A stretch of 63,825 bases of DNA, filler included, from Fonticula-like sp. SCN 57-25 (taxonomy: Eukaryota), in the NCBI GenBank assembly GCA_001724245.1. It is 3 parts of 3 records of this genome, joined end to end, with 100 filler letters (N's around TTAATTAATTAA, not from the genome) between each part and the next. Parts side by side here need not be neighbours in the genome. Positions count along the whole stretch, not along the records: positions 1 to 22,961 come from MEDX01000072.1; 2 more parts are not named here. The stretch is one strand, 5' to 3'. Under the pieces are notes generated by a model that was given only the letters and a program-made list of their open reading frames with translations, searched no databases and was not told the origin of the DNA. Position 1 is the first letter of the stretch. Each line of letters begins with the position of its first letter. Shown piece by piece: positions 1-12,797 of the stretch. The position numbers were made by a program, and so were the translations under genes.

Positions 1-280
1 GTCGACACAAACAAAAGCTGGGCACCGTGTGTTGGCCGAAAAGGAATCCGACGGTTAACAGTCGGTCTTGGTCGGTTTTGTTATGATTTATGAAACCGAT
101 CCGAAACCGACTTTGATCAGGGACATTTGCCCCATATGTGTGACACTCATTGTTATACATAAAATGGAAAAGGGCTTTTAACAGGTAAAACTTGGAAACC
201 TGAATAGCCAAACTCGTGCGTAACTATGTATTGTTATATAAATGTACGTACAAAAATGACAGCGTCTGCGCCTTTGCTCA

Positions 281-1831
281 TTAATGGCGGCGCTGCAAGG
301 CAGCAGTCGCAGCGGCAATCATATCAAGCAGGACCTTGGTGCGCACTCTATCGAGGCCGCCAAGAATGCGCTCAATCTCCACCTCGGTGGTCTCGAACGA
401 CGGGCGTTCTGCCGATGCAGGCACAAAAGTGTATGGCGCAGGTGCAGTGGTCGCAGGTGCGGTGGTCGCAGGTGCAGGTGCAGTGGTCGCAGGTGCAGTG
501 GTTGCAGGCGCGACAGAAGCAGGCGCGGCAGAAGCAGGTGCGGCAGCAGCAGGCGCGACAAAAGCAGGCGCGACCGTCGCTGCGACAGGTGCGTTAGTAG
601 CAGACGCTGCGACAGGTGCGGCAAAAGCAGGTGTGGCAGCTGGCGCCGTAACAGCAAGTATATCAGCAGCCGTCGCAGCAGGCGATGCAGAAGGCACCTC
701 TGCCTTTGTACCGGTCGATGCGTCGGCCTTGGCAGCAGACACGTCCACTACCGCCTCTGCCGCTTGAGACTTTACTCCACCCTGCAATTTCTGCTTGAGG
801 TGAGAAACATCGAGCAGGTTTGTCGGAATGGTCGTGTTAAACACAGTCGAAGGATCCCGCCCGGCGGTCCACTCGTTGCGCACACGCTCCTGCAGCTCCT
901 CCGCCGTAAAGAGACTGGGGAATGTCTCCTTCAGGCTGCCACGAACACGAGGTCAGCAGGGCAGACACGCGAGGATGAAGTGAGCGTACGATGAATAGAC
1001 GGCGGCGGCAGAGGCCTCGTCCGGGTAGGTGGCCACGCAGAAGCGAGTGCTTGTGATGGGGTGGAAGTTGACGAATTTCAGCACGCTCTTGATGCGCTCA
1101 AACGTGACGCTGACGGGCCGGTGCGGAATCGAAAAAAGGTTCTATCGGTGGACATCAGAGACGCATTAGCGCAGATTTGAGGAAAAGAGGCGTACGCGAA
1201 AGCGGGAAATCAGTCTTTCCGGTCTTTCGCGGCGAATTGCCTCCTCAAATATGCCGCAAAGGACGAGGGTGGTGCGGGACGCCGGCGGGCAGATGCTACT
1301 CAGGATAGCCGGGTTGCTCAAACCGTACTCGGCAGCGACGTCAACAGACTCTGCAAAGAGAGGTGGCCGCAGCAAATGTGCCAAGTAATCAGCAATAAGG
1401 CAATAGATAAAAAGGCCGCACCGCTGGGCAACACGACGAACTTTGGGGCGGCAAAGTTCTGCTTGGTGTCGGATAGGCTCTCGACAACGTACGTAGCCTC
1501 CTGCTCGTCGCACTGGAACGTAGTGACGCCTTCGTAGCGATCCCCAACGTGCACGTGTGTGCGCTCGGTAAAAGTGGCAAACTCGCTCTCAATAAAGCTC
1601 TCGATGGGAGCAAATCCATACTGATTCGGCAAGTACCCGTAGGCAACCACAGTCACTGAGCAACGTGGAAAAGATAAGCAAAAAGAAAGGGAAAAGAGGA
1701 AATAAAATCACACCTTGACCTCCCTGAGTGCGCGGACGCTCGGTGCTACGCGGAGCTTGTGGCTGAGAGCCCCTGTTACGGACTCCCGAACGGTGGCGTC
1801 CACCGCCGCGGTGATGCCCTTCGCCCTCCAT
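281..1831 (-). CDS. Multi-exon hypothetical protein: basic N-terminus, possible RRM-like folds, Ala/Pro/Thr-rich C-terminal repeats
   Basis: ATG at 1831 (MEGEGHHRGGGRHR). A GT-AG intron at ~1660-1712 splices into VTVVAYGYLP. Further exons lead to ORF 281..883 with PATTA repeats. Internal exon boundaries are approximate. Confidence 0.55.
418..660 (-). repeat. Coding tandem repeat (~15-nt units, PATTA/PAxxA)
   Basis: Repeated gcaggtgcagtggtc / gcaggcgcg units on the + strand. Confidence 0.8.
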
Positions 1832-2036
1832 TACAGGAACAGGACCAGAAAGAACTTTCCCGCCAATTTACGAAAGTGTGCCACAATAATGTGGCGACGA
1901 TTGGTCTTATCATTGTGGACAATTACCCACAACCCATCCACAGGTCGTCCACAGGTTGTTTGCCTTGACGATGTCGTCGCCGTCGCGCTCGATACCAGTG
2001 CCGGTGCGCTCGACCGGCGAGTCGCATCGGCGCACA

Positions 2037-3840
2037 ATGAGCGTCCCCGAGTCGCCAAAGACAGATCGCACCGAGGTGCGCACTTTTCACCCATCGCAAT
2101 CGTTTGTTTGACCCCTTTGTTTGGTCCCTTCTTGAGCAGACGACGCGCCGCCCTGTCGCGTCCCCCCCTTCGCGCCCCCCGATGCCCGAGCCCGATCGGC
2201 ACAGCACGCCGTCGCGGCGGCACCTGTTTTCCTCTTCTCCTTCTCTTAGCAAGTCGTTTCTTGGCGGTCTCGCAACGGCGCTGTCGGATCTTGTCAAGAA
2301 GGACGTGCCCGTCGTGTTCAAGCCGCGGCAGCTCATAGACGTTCTGCGGAATCAGACCGCTGTCATGTTCCTCATTGATTTTGCCGAGCAGCGGAATTGC
2401 GACGCGTATGTACACTATTGGCTCATGATTGACTCTTTCCGCGAGGTGAGTCTCCTGCACGGCCGCATGGACGACCTGGCGAGCGACGCGCGCAACATGT
2501 ACCATCGATTTCTCGCCGACGACGCGCCGCAAAAGATTGACATCTCGGACGAGTCGCGCGAGAAGCTAAAAAACCTGCTGGCGACAGGCGCCGCGGCCGA
2601 CGTTGTCTTTGAGTGTCTCTTTATGATTCAAAAGGAAGTTTACGGCGTGATTGACCGCACGCTCTACGCCGCCTTTGAGCAGTCGAGCTTTTACAATGAC
2701 ATGCAAAAGGCGGTCGATCTCTTTGCAAAGGACGAGCCGGGCGCGTCGACGGGGCCGCCACCGCTACCCGCGCGCTCCTTGTCCACCGGCGCGACGCCGT
2801 CAGCGACGTCAGCGGCTCCAGTCTCGTCGCAGTCGTCGGCCGCGTCTGGGAGAGTGAGGCGCGTGCTCGGGCCTAACGCCTCCCTCAGGGACTTTTTGGT
2901 GGACCAGACGGGCCTCTTTTACTTTATGCAGTTTATGGAGAAGCGCCAGGCGGCGCATTGGGTCAATTTTTGGATTACTGTTGAAAGGTACTTTTGCCAC
3001 CATTTTATCCTTTTTGTGCTTGCCCGATTCTTACACTTCCTCGTTCTTAGCTACAGCGACAACGTGAATGCGACGATTGCGGCGGGCGGCGTTGCCGACG
3101 ACGACCTTCTTCGGCGCGATGCCGCGACGCTGTTCTCGCAGTACTTTGCGCTCGACGCGCCGTTCCCGCTGCGCCTCCCGCCCGCCCTCGTTGCGCAGCT
3201 CGCTGCGTACTCGAATGCGACCGACCCCCAGCTCACCTTTGAGGTCGTCCTTCGCGCGCAGAAGCAGGTCTTGGAGGCCATGCGCGCAAAGCATCTTAAA
3301 AAGTTTGTCGAGTCGCCGCTCTACGCGCAGTACCGCCGGGAAGCGGGCGCCCCCGACGCGGGGAGTGGTGCTGCCACGGGCAGTGCAGGCGGTGCCGCGA
3401 CACCATCTCTGGGCAGTGCCGCCGCGGCCGGGCAGAATACGTCGTCGGCGATGCTGCTGCCGCCGGGGGCGCCCGTATCGTCGTTTGCCGCTGCCACGTC
3501 AGCCTCGGGCGGTACTGCCACGTTGGCCGCAGCATCTACAGGGCTGTCGCCGTCGCCGCTGCTGCTCGGCCGGATCGACGACCTGGGCTTTTACGTGAGC
3601 GAGGGCGGCGACGAGGACGGCGGCGTCGACTCGTTCGCAGAGGAAATTGATGTAGTGAGCGGGCGGGCGGCGCCGTCGGGCCTCGCGGCGGTCTTTGGCT
3701 CCGGCGGAGAGGCCGCCGCCGTGGACCACATGGAGGAGGAGCGCCAGGCGAGGGAAATCGCACGGCACATCCTTCAAGAGATCTCGATCGCCACAAATAC
3801 AAGGGACGACTTGGTATACCTGCAGGCGGACGGGTTATAG
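2037..3840 (+). CDS. AKAP10: A-kinase anchoring protein 10 (D-AKAP2)-like: two RGS domains plus C-terminal PKA-docking helix
   Basis: RGS motifs LIDVLRNQTAVMFLIDFAEQ..VHYWL and LRDFLVDQTGLFYFMQFMEK..VNFW. LGRIDDLGFYVSE and EERQAREIARHILQEI resemble the AKAP10 C-terminus. Exon 1 is 2037-2075, intron 2076-2139, second in-frame intron ~2988-3050. Confidence 0.8.
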
Positions 3841-3991
3841 TACGAAATATCAATAAGTACACAGACGTATACTGTGTACATAATGCCAGCAATTTGTACA
3901 TGTTTAATGGATGCTTTCTACATTACCGCAATATGTAACCCCGTCGCTGGTTTGGTGACAGTCAGTTTGCAGTTTGCATCTAGCATCGCGA

Positions 3992-5178
3992 ATGGCGTTG
4001 CAGGTGTGGGATGCGGCCGAGTCGGCCCGGCTGGCGCTTCCCTTCTCCGTAACCGAGGCGGTCATTTGGGGTGTCTTTCTGACGCTTCTTTTCATTATCG
4101 GCTTTTTCATTGTCAAGGAGCCCGCGAAGCGCACCAATGACGATCGCGAGGTGATCCTGCAGCGCATGGCGTGCGTTGCAGTTGCGTGCGTGATCGCCCC
4201 ACTTCTTCTATACTACATGCTGGGCCACCGGTTGGTGCTGTCGCACTTTTCAGTGCCATTCCACGTGTGGCTTGGCCTGCCGTTTGTGGGCGTGCTTCAG
4301 GCCCTCGCTCTCCCGCTCCTCCTCACAGCCATCCTGTTTGCAGGACCGCTCCTCCTCTGCTACTTTGACCAGGAACTCGTATTTCAGCAAAACTTTTCCT
4401 TCCAGCGAGATGTCGTTGCTGTCCTCACGTCGCCCATTGGCCTGAGGAACATTATTGTGGCGCCCGTCGCGGAGGAGTTTATGTTTCGTGGGTGCCTCGT
4501 ACCGCTCCTCTTCCTCGCCGGCATCCCTCGCGGCGTCATTGTGGCCACGTGTCCGCTCTTCTTTGGCATTGGTACGCGCGGTCTCAATGTGGTCGCAGTG
4601 GCTAACGTACCGGAAACAGCTCACTTGCACCACGTGCGCGACATGTACAAGAAGGAGAAGCTGCGCGGCAAGCACGAGTACATCTCGATCGGACCGATCC
4701 TTCTCCGCGCAGGTACGTGCTGTGTGTGCCAAAGTGCATGTCGACGACGACGTATTGTGTGGTCCACTGCTAGATATTCATATCACGCTGTTTTACGTTG
4801 AACTCACGTTGCGGCGTAGGCTTCCAGTTCCTCTACACGTCGGTATTTGGTGCCTATACCACATTCTTGTTTCTCCGCACAGGTGCGCCACGAACGCCGT
4901 CTCTGCGTCCGCGCGACTAATGCCGGTCTACAGGCCATGTGCTTGCCCCCATTGTATGCCACATGTTTTGCAACACGATGGGCTTCCCCGATTTTGACCG
5001 CATTTCGCACTACCCGCGCGCCGCCATCTGTACGCCAACCATCTTTGCTGAAATGGTCCTAACGTGTTTCCCGGCAGTCATCTGGTCGGTCTTTGTGCTC
5101 GGCCTGGTGGGCTTTGCCGCGCTGCTGTTCCCCTTGACGGACCCTGCGCTCTACGCGAGCGCCTATTGGATCCACTAG
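3992..5178 (+). CDS. RCE1: CAAX prenyl protease 2 (Rce1)
   Basis: LRNIIVAPVAEEFMFRGC, PLFFGI..AHLHH and HMFCNTMGFPDF motifs; multi-pass membrane protein; several short introns. Confidence 0.92.
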
Positions 5179-5382
5179 GCGGCGACTTCTCGACTTGCCC
5201 TCACTGCAATATGTACATTAGCATGCAACGTTCTGTATATAGCAACCATTTTTAACGTATTTACACGCTTTGCGCATTCTTTTTCGCACTCATATGTTCA
5301 TTCACAATGTCCACCACACAATACAAAAGGGCAAATCATCAGCGTGCACTGCTGCAAATTATGTCACATGCAAACTGCAAAC

Positions 5383-7723
5383 TCACTTCATCTCCCTCCT
5401 CGACTCCCTCAGCTTGCAGACGAGCCTCCAGTTCTGGCTGACAATCAGTCTATAGGCGGCGGTTAGCCCAGCTGTGCAAAGAAGCCACCAAAATGCGTAC
5501 TTTACGGGTACCAGGCCCACGTGCATCGTGTAGAGCTCGTAGCAGCGGACGTTGCGGATGGTCGGGAAGAGGGCGCGCGCAGTGTCGCGGTAAAAGTTGC
5601 GGTCAAACGAGAGCCGCGGCTGCTGAATTGGCGAATCAAGTGGCAAACTGCAAAGAGAGCGTCAGTACGCATTCACGCTGGTTCGCCTGAGCGTACATGT
5701 TTCCTTCGCCGTCTTCGAACCACAGATTGTAGAAATACGCCACACCGTCCTTCTTGACCGTCATGCAGGTGAACCCCTCGGCCAGCCTCTCCTGTCCCAT
5801 GAACACCAGCTCCCACACGCGCTTGCGCATCTCCTCTATATGACGACGCTGCGAGCGGTCGTCGACCTGGCGTGGCCGCGCTCCCTCGCCACCATCACTA
5901 CTCCGCAACCAGTCAGTACCGTGCAATGAACGCACGAGCGACAAAACAACACGCCAGACTCTGCCCCAACCCAATTGGCTGCCCGCCGTACCTCTTGTTG
6001 TGCGGGTCATCCTCGGCCTGGAGGGGCACGATCGCGGGCGCAATGACCTGGTGCGCGTACCGGTCGATATAGATAAAGTGGATGAGGCCGGGAAAGTGCG
6101 CCACAAAGGAGAGCATGGTCATGTGCGTGTGCTCCTTGATGAGCAAAAAGTCGATAAAGTTTGAGAGCGGCTGACGGATGCTGTGCTGAAGCCGCGAAAG
6201 GAGCTCGCTCTGCGCCGGGAACATGGCTTGGTCAGCATGCAAGAGCAAATCGAGAGATTTAAGTGTACGCACGTGTTTTTCCTTCTCACCCTCCGGCACG
6301 GGGTCCGATATCACGACCATCGTCATGTTCTGCTCGACCTGCCCCGCGTAGAGGAAGAACGGCTGCAGCTGCCCTCCGCTGCCCCTCAAATAAACAGTCT
6401 CGGACAGCGTCAGCTCAGGCGCGTCATAATAAAAATCGTCCTGCGACTCTGCCGCCGACGAGCTCGTCGACGCAGACCCTGCCCGACCGCGCGGCGTGCC
6501 GTCTCGTACAGTGTGGGACCGCGATTCGTCGTGCTCGTGCTCGCTGTCCGTGTGCCAGTTCTCGCGGGCGTCCTGGAAAACGTCCTCCTTGCCGCCAGCG
6601 CCGACACTCGACGCAAACCTCGCCTCCGACTCGGCAGACTTGCTCATTTCCTCCGATCCAGTCGATTCCCGGTCGGACTCGGACGTCACACCAACGGGGA
6701 TCGACGTCGCCGCAGGCGTCGTCCTCTCCCGCTCCGCATCATCTTCGGCGTGGTTCGCAGACGCGCCGTCCTTGGCGCCGTTGGACTCTGACGAAGCAGC
6801 GGCAGCGGCGGCAGCAGCTGCGGCGGCGGCGGCCTCCCTTGCCACTTGCGTCTGCTGGTCCTGCATCGCCTTGATGTAGAGCGCGATGAGAAAGATGTCG
6901 GGTGACGTGAGCTCCACCGCCTTTGGCCTCGCGTAGTGCACGACCAGCTTTGTCCCAACGAAAAGAAGAATATGAATTGGCGAGGTGGAGTGCGGGCGGC
7001 CTGCAGTCCAGTGGCGGTGCAGGGCGACGGCCTCTTCCAGCGCGCGCATGCAGCGCATACGAATGTCGTCGTTGATCTCCAGGCGCTCAATCGACTGAAC
7101 GAGGTAGCTCTGGTGCGAGTTACCGAGATGCGTCATCGTCGAGATGAGAGGCCGGAGCGTGTTCTGGGGCTTGTACTGGACACGATGCGCCTGGCGGCCA
7201 AACTAATAAGCAGAGAAAAGTTAGCACAATTGGTCGACATCACAAGGCAGGATCAAGACATGAACATCACCAGATATTGGATCCACAATCAAACAAAAAG
7301 CAATATACAAAAGCACTGAGATAAAACAACGCGGACGTGATGCCCTACATAACTGCGCATATAGCACGAGGCCCAAACCTACTCTCGCCAGAAACGTACG
7401 TTCACGTTGGGACCAAATTTGAAGAGTATCATCTCGCTCAGCAGCTGAAGCTGCCTCCTTAGAAATGGGACCGAGTCCCCGTCGCTCGAGCTCACCATAA
7501 AAAACAAGTAGTCCTCCTCTGTCTGCATCATCTGCGAGAACACGAATATTGTCCCGTCGGCGTATCTGACAGTGGCAAAGCGCTGCCCAAACGCCTCTTG
7601 AAGCATGCTTTGTGCGGTCGCAAAGGGAAGACACATCATGCTCGCCCGCTCGGGCTCCAGGCCGGGGATGTTGTCAACAAACACCGCATTCCCGATCTCG
7701 TCGCACACTAGAAACCGCTTCAT
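5383..7723 (-). CDS. HPS1: Hermansky-Pudlak syndrome 1 protein (BLOC-3 subunit, tri-longin)
   Basis: N-terminal MKRFLVCDEIGNAVF. FPGLIHFIYIDR..QVIAP, YNLWFED and CYELYTMHVGLVP match HPS1 signature segments. Multi-exon. Confidence 0.85.
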
Positions 7724-7866
7724 TCTGTGCGGCCCCTGTGCACTTGCCCACGGCTCGGCGATGCCCACCGACTTGCCGCCAAAGTAAACAATGCGGGGTG
7801 TACACCCCCGTCTCAAATCTGGGATGTGCACTTCACGTCCCCCTCCGCTCCCTACACGAGACGGCA

Positions 7867-8515
7867 ATGGCGTCGGTGGGCGGCCTCGCGCTGCTCGCGT
7901 TTGGCCTGCTGCTAATGTTCCACGCTGCCTTCTCCGTCGTTGAATGTGCGCATTGCTGCGCTTGCACACGCCTGAGCCGCGTCACTTACCCAATTTGCGG
8001 TAGACAAGGCGTATCTGCTGACTGTTGAGCGCGTCGATCACTCCCTCCCGCTCGATGTACGTACAGGGAGATCTGGGTAGGGAGGCAGATCGTGTGTAGA
8101 GTGACGTGCAGAGGAGAGATTACGTCGTGTGCTTGACGTGGTTGCCTCTCTGATCGCATCATTTGGTCGAGGCCGCCCTGCGCCTGCGCCTTTATCAATA
8201 ATTGAATGTGGATTTGCGTCGTGTTTTTCGCCTCTTTTCGCCTCGCGGCATTGTATTGTGTTGTTCTTGCGTACTCACGCGTGGTTTCAGGTGGTGTTTG
8301 AGTGCCTCGGCGGCGCCCTCTTATCGTTTGTCGGCGTCCTTATGTGGGGCACATCGCTTGCCCCGATTGACATTACCCATGCCAGCCGCGACAAGTACGC
8401 GCACCCGGCGAGTGACGCTGTATTGCTAACCCAAACGCCGTGCAGGACAATTGACACCTGGGAGAAGCGCCCTTCGTCTTTTAGAGTGTTTGCCCACCGC
8501 GGCGCCGCGCTCTAG
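7867..8515 (+). CDS. EMC5: ER membrane complex subunit 5 / MMGT1
   Basis: GLLLMFHAAFSVVE..LPLD..FECLGG..RPSSFRVFAHRG across about 4 exons. Confidence 0.85.
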
Positions 8516-8804
8516 ACTATTACGCATTGCATTGCTATCCATGATTGTACTATATAATAAAGGCTACGATATATGCAGCATGCGAAAGCGATATGAAAGG
8601 GGTGGGTGAATACTGTTAACATTGCGCAAGTACAAGAAAAAGAAAGGCGCAAAAGAGCAAGAAGCAAACGAAAATTAAAGAAAGCACTTGATAGAACGCG
8701 GACCGCGCCGACATGAACTCCAAGGCCTCTAAAGCATACACAAAGATATCAAATATGTATAAAAAATTGTATCCACTTGCAAGTATAAGTAGCAGTCTAT
8801 CTAT

Positions 8805-11800
8805 CTACTTGCCGCCGCTGCCCTTGCCCTTCTTGGCGTTCTTCTTGTCCTCCGCCGCCTTCTTCTTGTCCTCCGCCTCCTTCTTCTTCTTGTCTTCCGC
8901 CTCCTTCTTTTGCCTCCGCTCCTCCTCCTTCTTCTTCTGCTCCATCTCCTTCTTTGAGAGCTTGGGAGGCTCCTCCTTCTTAACGTCCTTCTTCACGTCC
9001 TTTTTCGTCTCCTCCGGCTTGCTCTTGACGTCCTTCTTGTCATCCTTTTTGTCGTCCTTCTTGGGGGGAGCGCCCTTGGCGGCCTTTGGGTCGTCCTTGA
9101 TCGACGGCTTGGCCGACAGCGGCGACGACGGCGCGGGCGATGAGGACTGGCCCGCGGGCGCCTTGTCAAACGACGCCCTCAGCCCAGACACGCTCGATCC
9201 CGACGACACCACCGCGGCAGCAGCAGCAGCGGACGGCGCAGTCGGCGATGTAGGGGGCGTGCCGACAACCGAAAGGGGACGCGACGCCGACGGCGACGAC
9301 ACCGCGCCGGAAGCCGACGACGACGAAGGGGTAATCGCGGTCGGGGTGCCGTCCGCGTTCAGCGGCGCGGGCGCCACGTGGACGTTGACAAAGAGCGACG
9401 ACATGTGCAGACGCGAGTTGGTCTTGTCGTAGAGCGGCACGTGGCGGAAGCCCATTCCGACCATCGTGGCGGGCACGATGACATGGCCCAGGTAGTCGTC
9501 GGTCGATTCATCATACGCGAGGAAGCGCAAAAAGGCAAAGTCGGGCTGGAGAATGTCAAACGTCACGCTGCGATGCCACTCGGGGTTGAAGCCATTGTTC
9601 TAATGCAAGAAAGCGTCAGTAAAAAAGGCGAGGACAGTGCCGGAAAAGGCGCCAGATATGATTCGCACCTTGATTGTGTTTGTCTTTAGCTTCTTGCCCG
9701 AATCCCCTTCGAGCCCAATCACCTCCACCTCGACGAAAGGGTCGATGATGCCTCCCTTGCCCTTGACCTTTGGCAGCTGCTGCCCGCTAATGATCTCGAG
9801 GTCGATTCTCATTGGCGGGGTCTTCTTTGCATTCTTGCCGACGGTGCCGCCGCGGATGTGCGCGGGCTTGAGCAGGTAGCCACTGCGACCGTTTTCCTCG
9901 AACCGAGCCATGTTGATGAGCATGGGCATGTCGAGAGTCTGAAAGTTGAGCGCGACAACCTGGCAGCCCGCCTGCCAGTGCGCAATCGGGTCATAGTTGG
10001 ACGAGTCCACGCGGGAGCCAGCGGGGTACACGCGAGACATGGTCTTGTTGTTGTGCTCCTGAAAGTCGGCCATGTTGCGCGTCAGCAGGTTGAGCGACTT
10101 TTTCTCGCCGAGCGAATTGACCTGGTTAAACTGCGGCGGGGTCGACGACTGGAAGCCGCGAAAGTGCGCGCTGCGAAAGTACACTACGATGTCGCTCAGC
10201 TCCTGCGCCACCTTGGACTTGCGCTTCGGCTGCTGCTTGGGCACGCTCGACTTGCGTGCTCCCGCAACATTGGTCGACCCGGAACTCTTAATGTCCGAGG
10301 ACGGCGACGTCTGCATTGAAGAGGACGCAAGGTCGCGGCTCGTGCTCGAGAGCGACTGGTCGTCGCCGCTGTCGTCGTCGTCATCGTTGTCATTCGGCTC
10401 GTACACCTCGTCGTCGTTCCTGCTCTTGCCCTTGACAAGAATCTTGTACTTGAGCTGCTCGGGGCTCGGCATCTGAGTCTCGCGCTCATTCACCTTCTGG
10501 GTCAACAAAAGGTCACCGAGAATCGTCCTGAGATGCTGCACAAACCTGTCAGTATCCAAATGAGATTCGGGCAACGGATCACGCACTTTGGCCATCACGC
10601 GCTGCTGCTCCTCTCCGCAGTGCACTTCCAGCGACAGAATGACGGGGTACGGCGACGTCTTGAATGCGTACTGCTGAATCACCTTGATTACCTCGCGGAA
10701 AGAGATCCTGCGCGTAATATCGTATTAGAAACAGCAACGTGCGACAGCAGCGGCGCGCTCGCGTACCTCGAGGTGAGCGTGCGCCCGTGGTAGATGACGG
10801 GCTCCTTGTCGGGGCCGTCCCAGCAGTCGAGCTCCACACAGCGGCACCCCTGGATGAGTGCGCGCACGTATGCCTCCACGGACGACTTGCTGCGAAGCTG
10901 GTCGCCCATCAAGTATGTGTTGTGCGACGAGTTGATCCAGTAGGACGTGAGCGGCTGCGTCATGTCCTGGTACACCTGGCGCTGGTGAAAGTTGTGGATG
11001 CTGTTAAAGTCCGACTCGAGGAAACGCGCAAAGCCGTCCAGGCTCATCTGGTGAGAGCTGTTGACGAAACGACGCATAACCGATTCATACTGATGAACGC
11101 AGTGTCAGATATTCACACAAAGTGCATATGTGGAGGCAAGTACCTCCCTGTCGCTCGCAAAGTGGATGCCCTGGGTCGTTGTGAGCCAGTCGCGCAGCGC
11201 CCCTGTTGTGATCGTTGACCACGCGGCCTTATTCAACTGGGTGTAGAGCAGCTTGACCTCCTTGCGATAACGAAGCTCCTGGTAAAAGTCGACAAACTCT
11301 TGAAGATCGAGAACGCCGTTTCCATCCTTGTCGGCCTCGACGATGAGCTTTTTGAGAATCTTTCGCTCAATCTTAATATTCAGTGTCGCAAGCAAGTTGT
11401 AAATTTCGCGCTGGTTGAGTCGCTCGTCGCCGTTCTTGTCGGCAGCTCTAAATGCGCCCTCGATGACCCGCTTGAAACGAACACTCTCGTTCTGCTCTAC
11501 GTTCATCAGGGTTTGCAAGCCAAGGACCCAAGTCTCGCATTCCTCAATTGTATCGCAAACCAGATCAATCGTCGTAAAATTCTCGTCAAAGATCACCGAA
11601 AAGGAGCGATCTGCGGCCTCGGCGAACTGGAAACGATTGAACCTAGAGTCACGATGAGCCAAGATGTACGCGAGGCGGTCACGCTTTGGCGCACCCTTCC
11701 GTTTGCTGACCAGCTCTCACTTCCTTGATATTGTCAATGAAAAAGCTGCGGTGGTACGCGCGCGAAGACACCTTCTTATCGGCGGCGGGCTTCATCCTGG

Positions 11801-12067
11801 CCCAACAGAGAATGCGGCTGTCATAGTCCACCCAGAACCAGCGGTGGTGCGGCATCGACCCTCCATTCTTCACATACTGCCAGGCACAAGTGGTCAGCGC
11901 GTCGCTCAGAATGCAATGTATAAGCGCACTTTCAAGATCTCAAAAGGGGTCTCGAGTGGCCGTTCGCCCGTCGAGGATACGCTGCTGGCGCTGTTGCCAC
12001 CCTCCTTCGGCTTGGCCCCCTCTTTCGAGAGCGACCGCGCAGAATTCTTCGCGCTGCCCTTACCCAT
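8805..12067 (-). CDS. Phosphoinositide-specific phospholipase C (PH-EF-X-Y-C2, delta/eta-like) with Lys/Glu-rich tail
   Basis: X box [26 protein letters not shown] box [18 protein letters not shown]2 [18 protein letters not shown] hands DKNGDERLN and [11 protein letters not shown] region SFSVIF..IDLV. Start at MGKGSAK (12067) is inferred. Confidence 0.93.
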
Positions 12068-12797
12068 TGACGACCGGCGTGTTCAGACCGCACAGAGCGC
12101 AAACCAACCGTCGATCGAGAGAGAACTTGACCTTTCGCGCGGTATCGCCTGAAACAGTGTGCCGCCGAGTCGCCCTGCTAGGAACGGCTTCCTTTGGGAT
12201 AAATCGACCAATCAAAACAATAATTCTGTCGAATTTGGAAATGCGGAACCAATCACGAATGAGCCCAATCGCGCCACCAATGATAGGCACACATTGACAT
12301 GCGCGCGACACCTCTACCACTCTATGGCTATACTGTCACAATTATTGCAATGAATAATTTATAAAGGGGATGTAGCAAACCGAGGGAATACCTTCATAGC
12401 CGTACTTTACTGGAATGGACATCAGCTGCACAGGAATGCATACCAGCAACCGTGATACAACCCTCATTTCTGTAGCAAGCGAGTTCTTTGAATCAGCAGC
12501 ACGCGCGACGCCCAATATAATATAACCCTCTTTTTCATGGACACAGCATTCTTAGTGACAAGGAGTATTAAGAGTCGACGTAGGGGCATTTCCGGTATCA
12601 TTTATCGCAAACTTTATTTTCGCTTACCGCCGACCCCAGCCCACACGCTTTGGACAATGCGGCGACTCGCACCTGATTTGCTGCCGTCCGCAGTAGACGC
12701 GAGATGATTGGTTGATTTACAAATCGACAAATTGTTCGTTTGACCACGTTGACCCCTTCGAAAGTTTTTTGTCCGATCCCAACCACGAACGGCTGAG

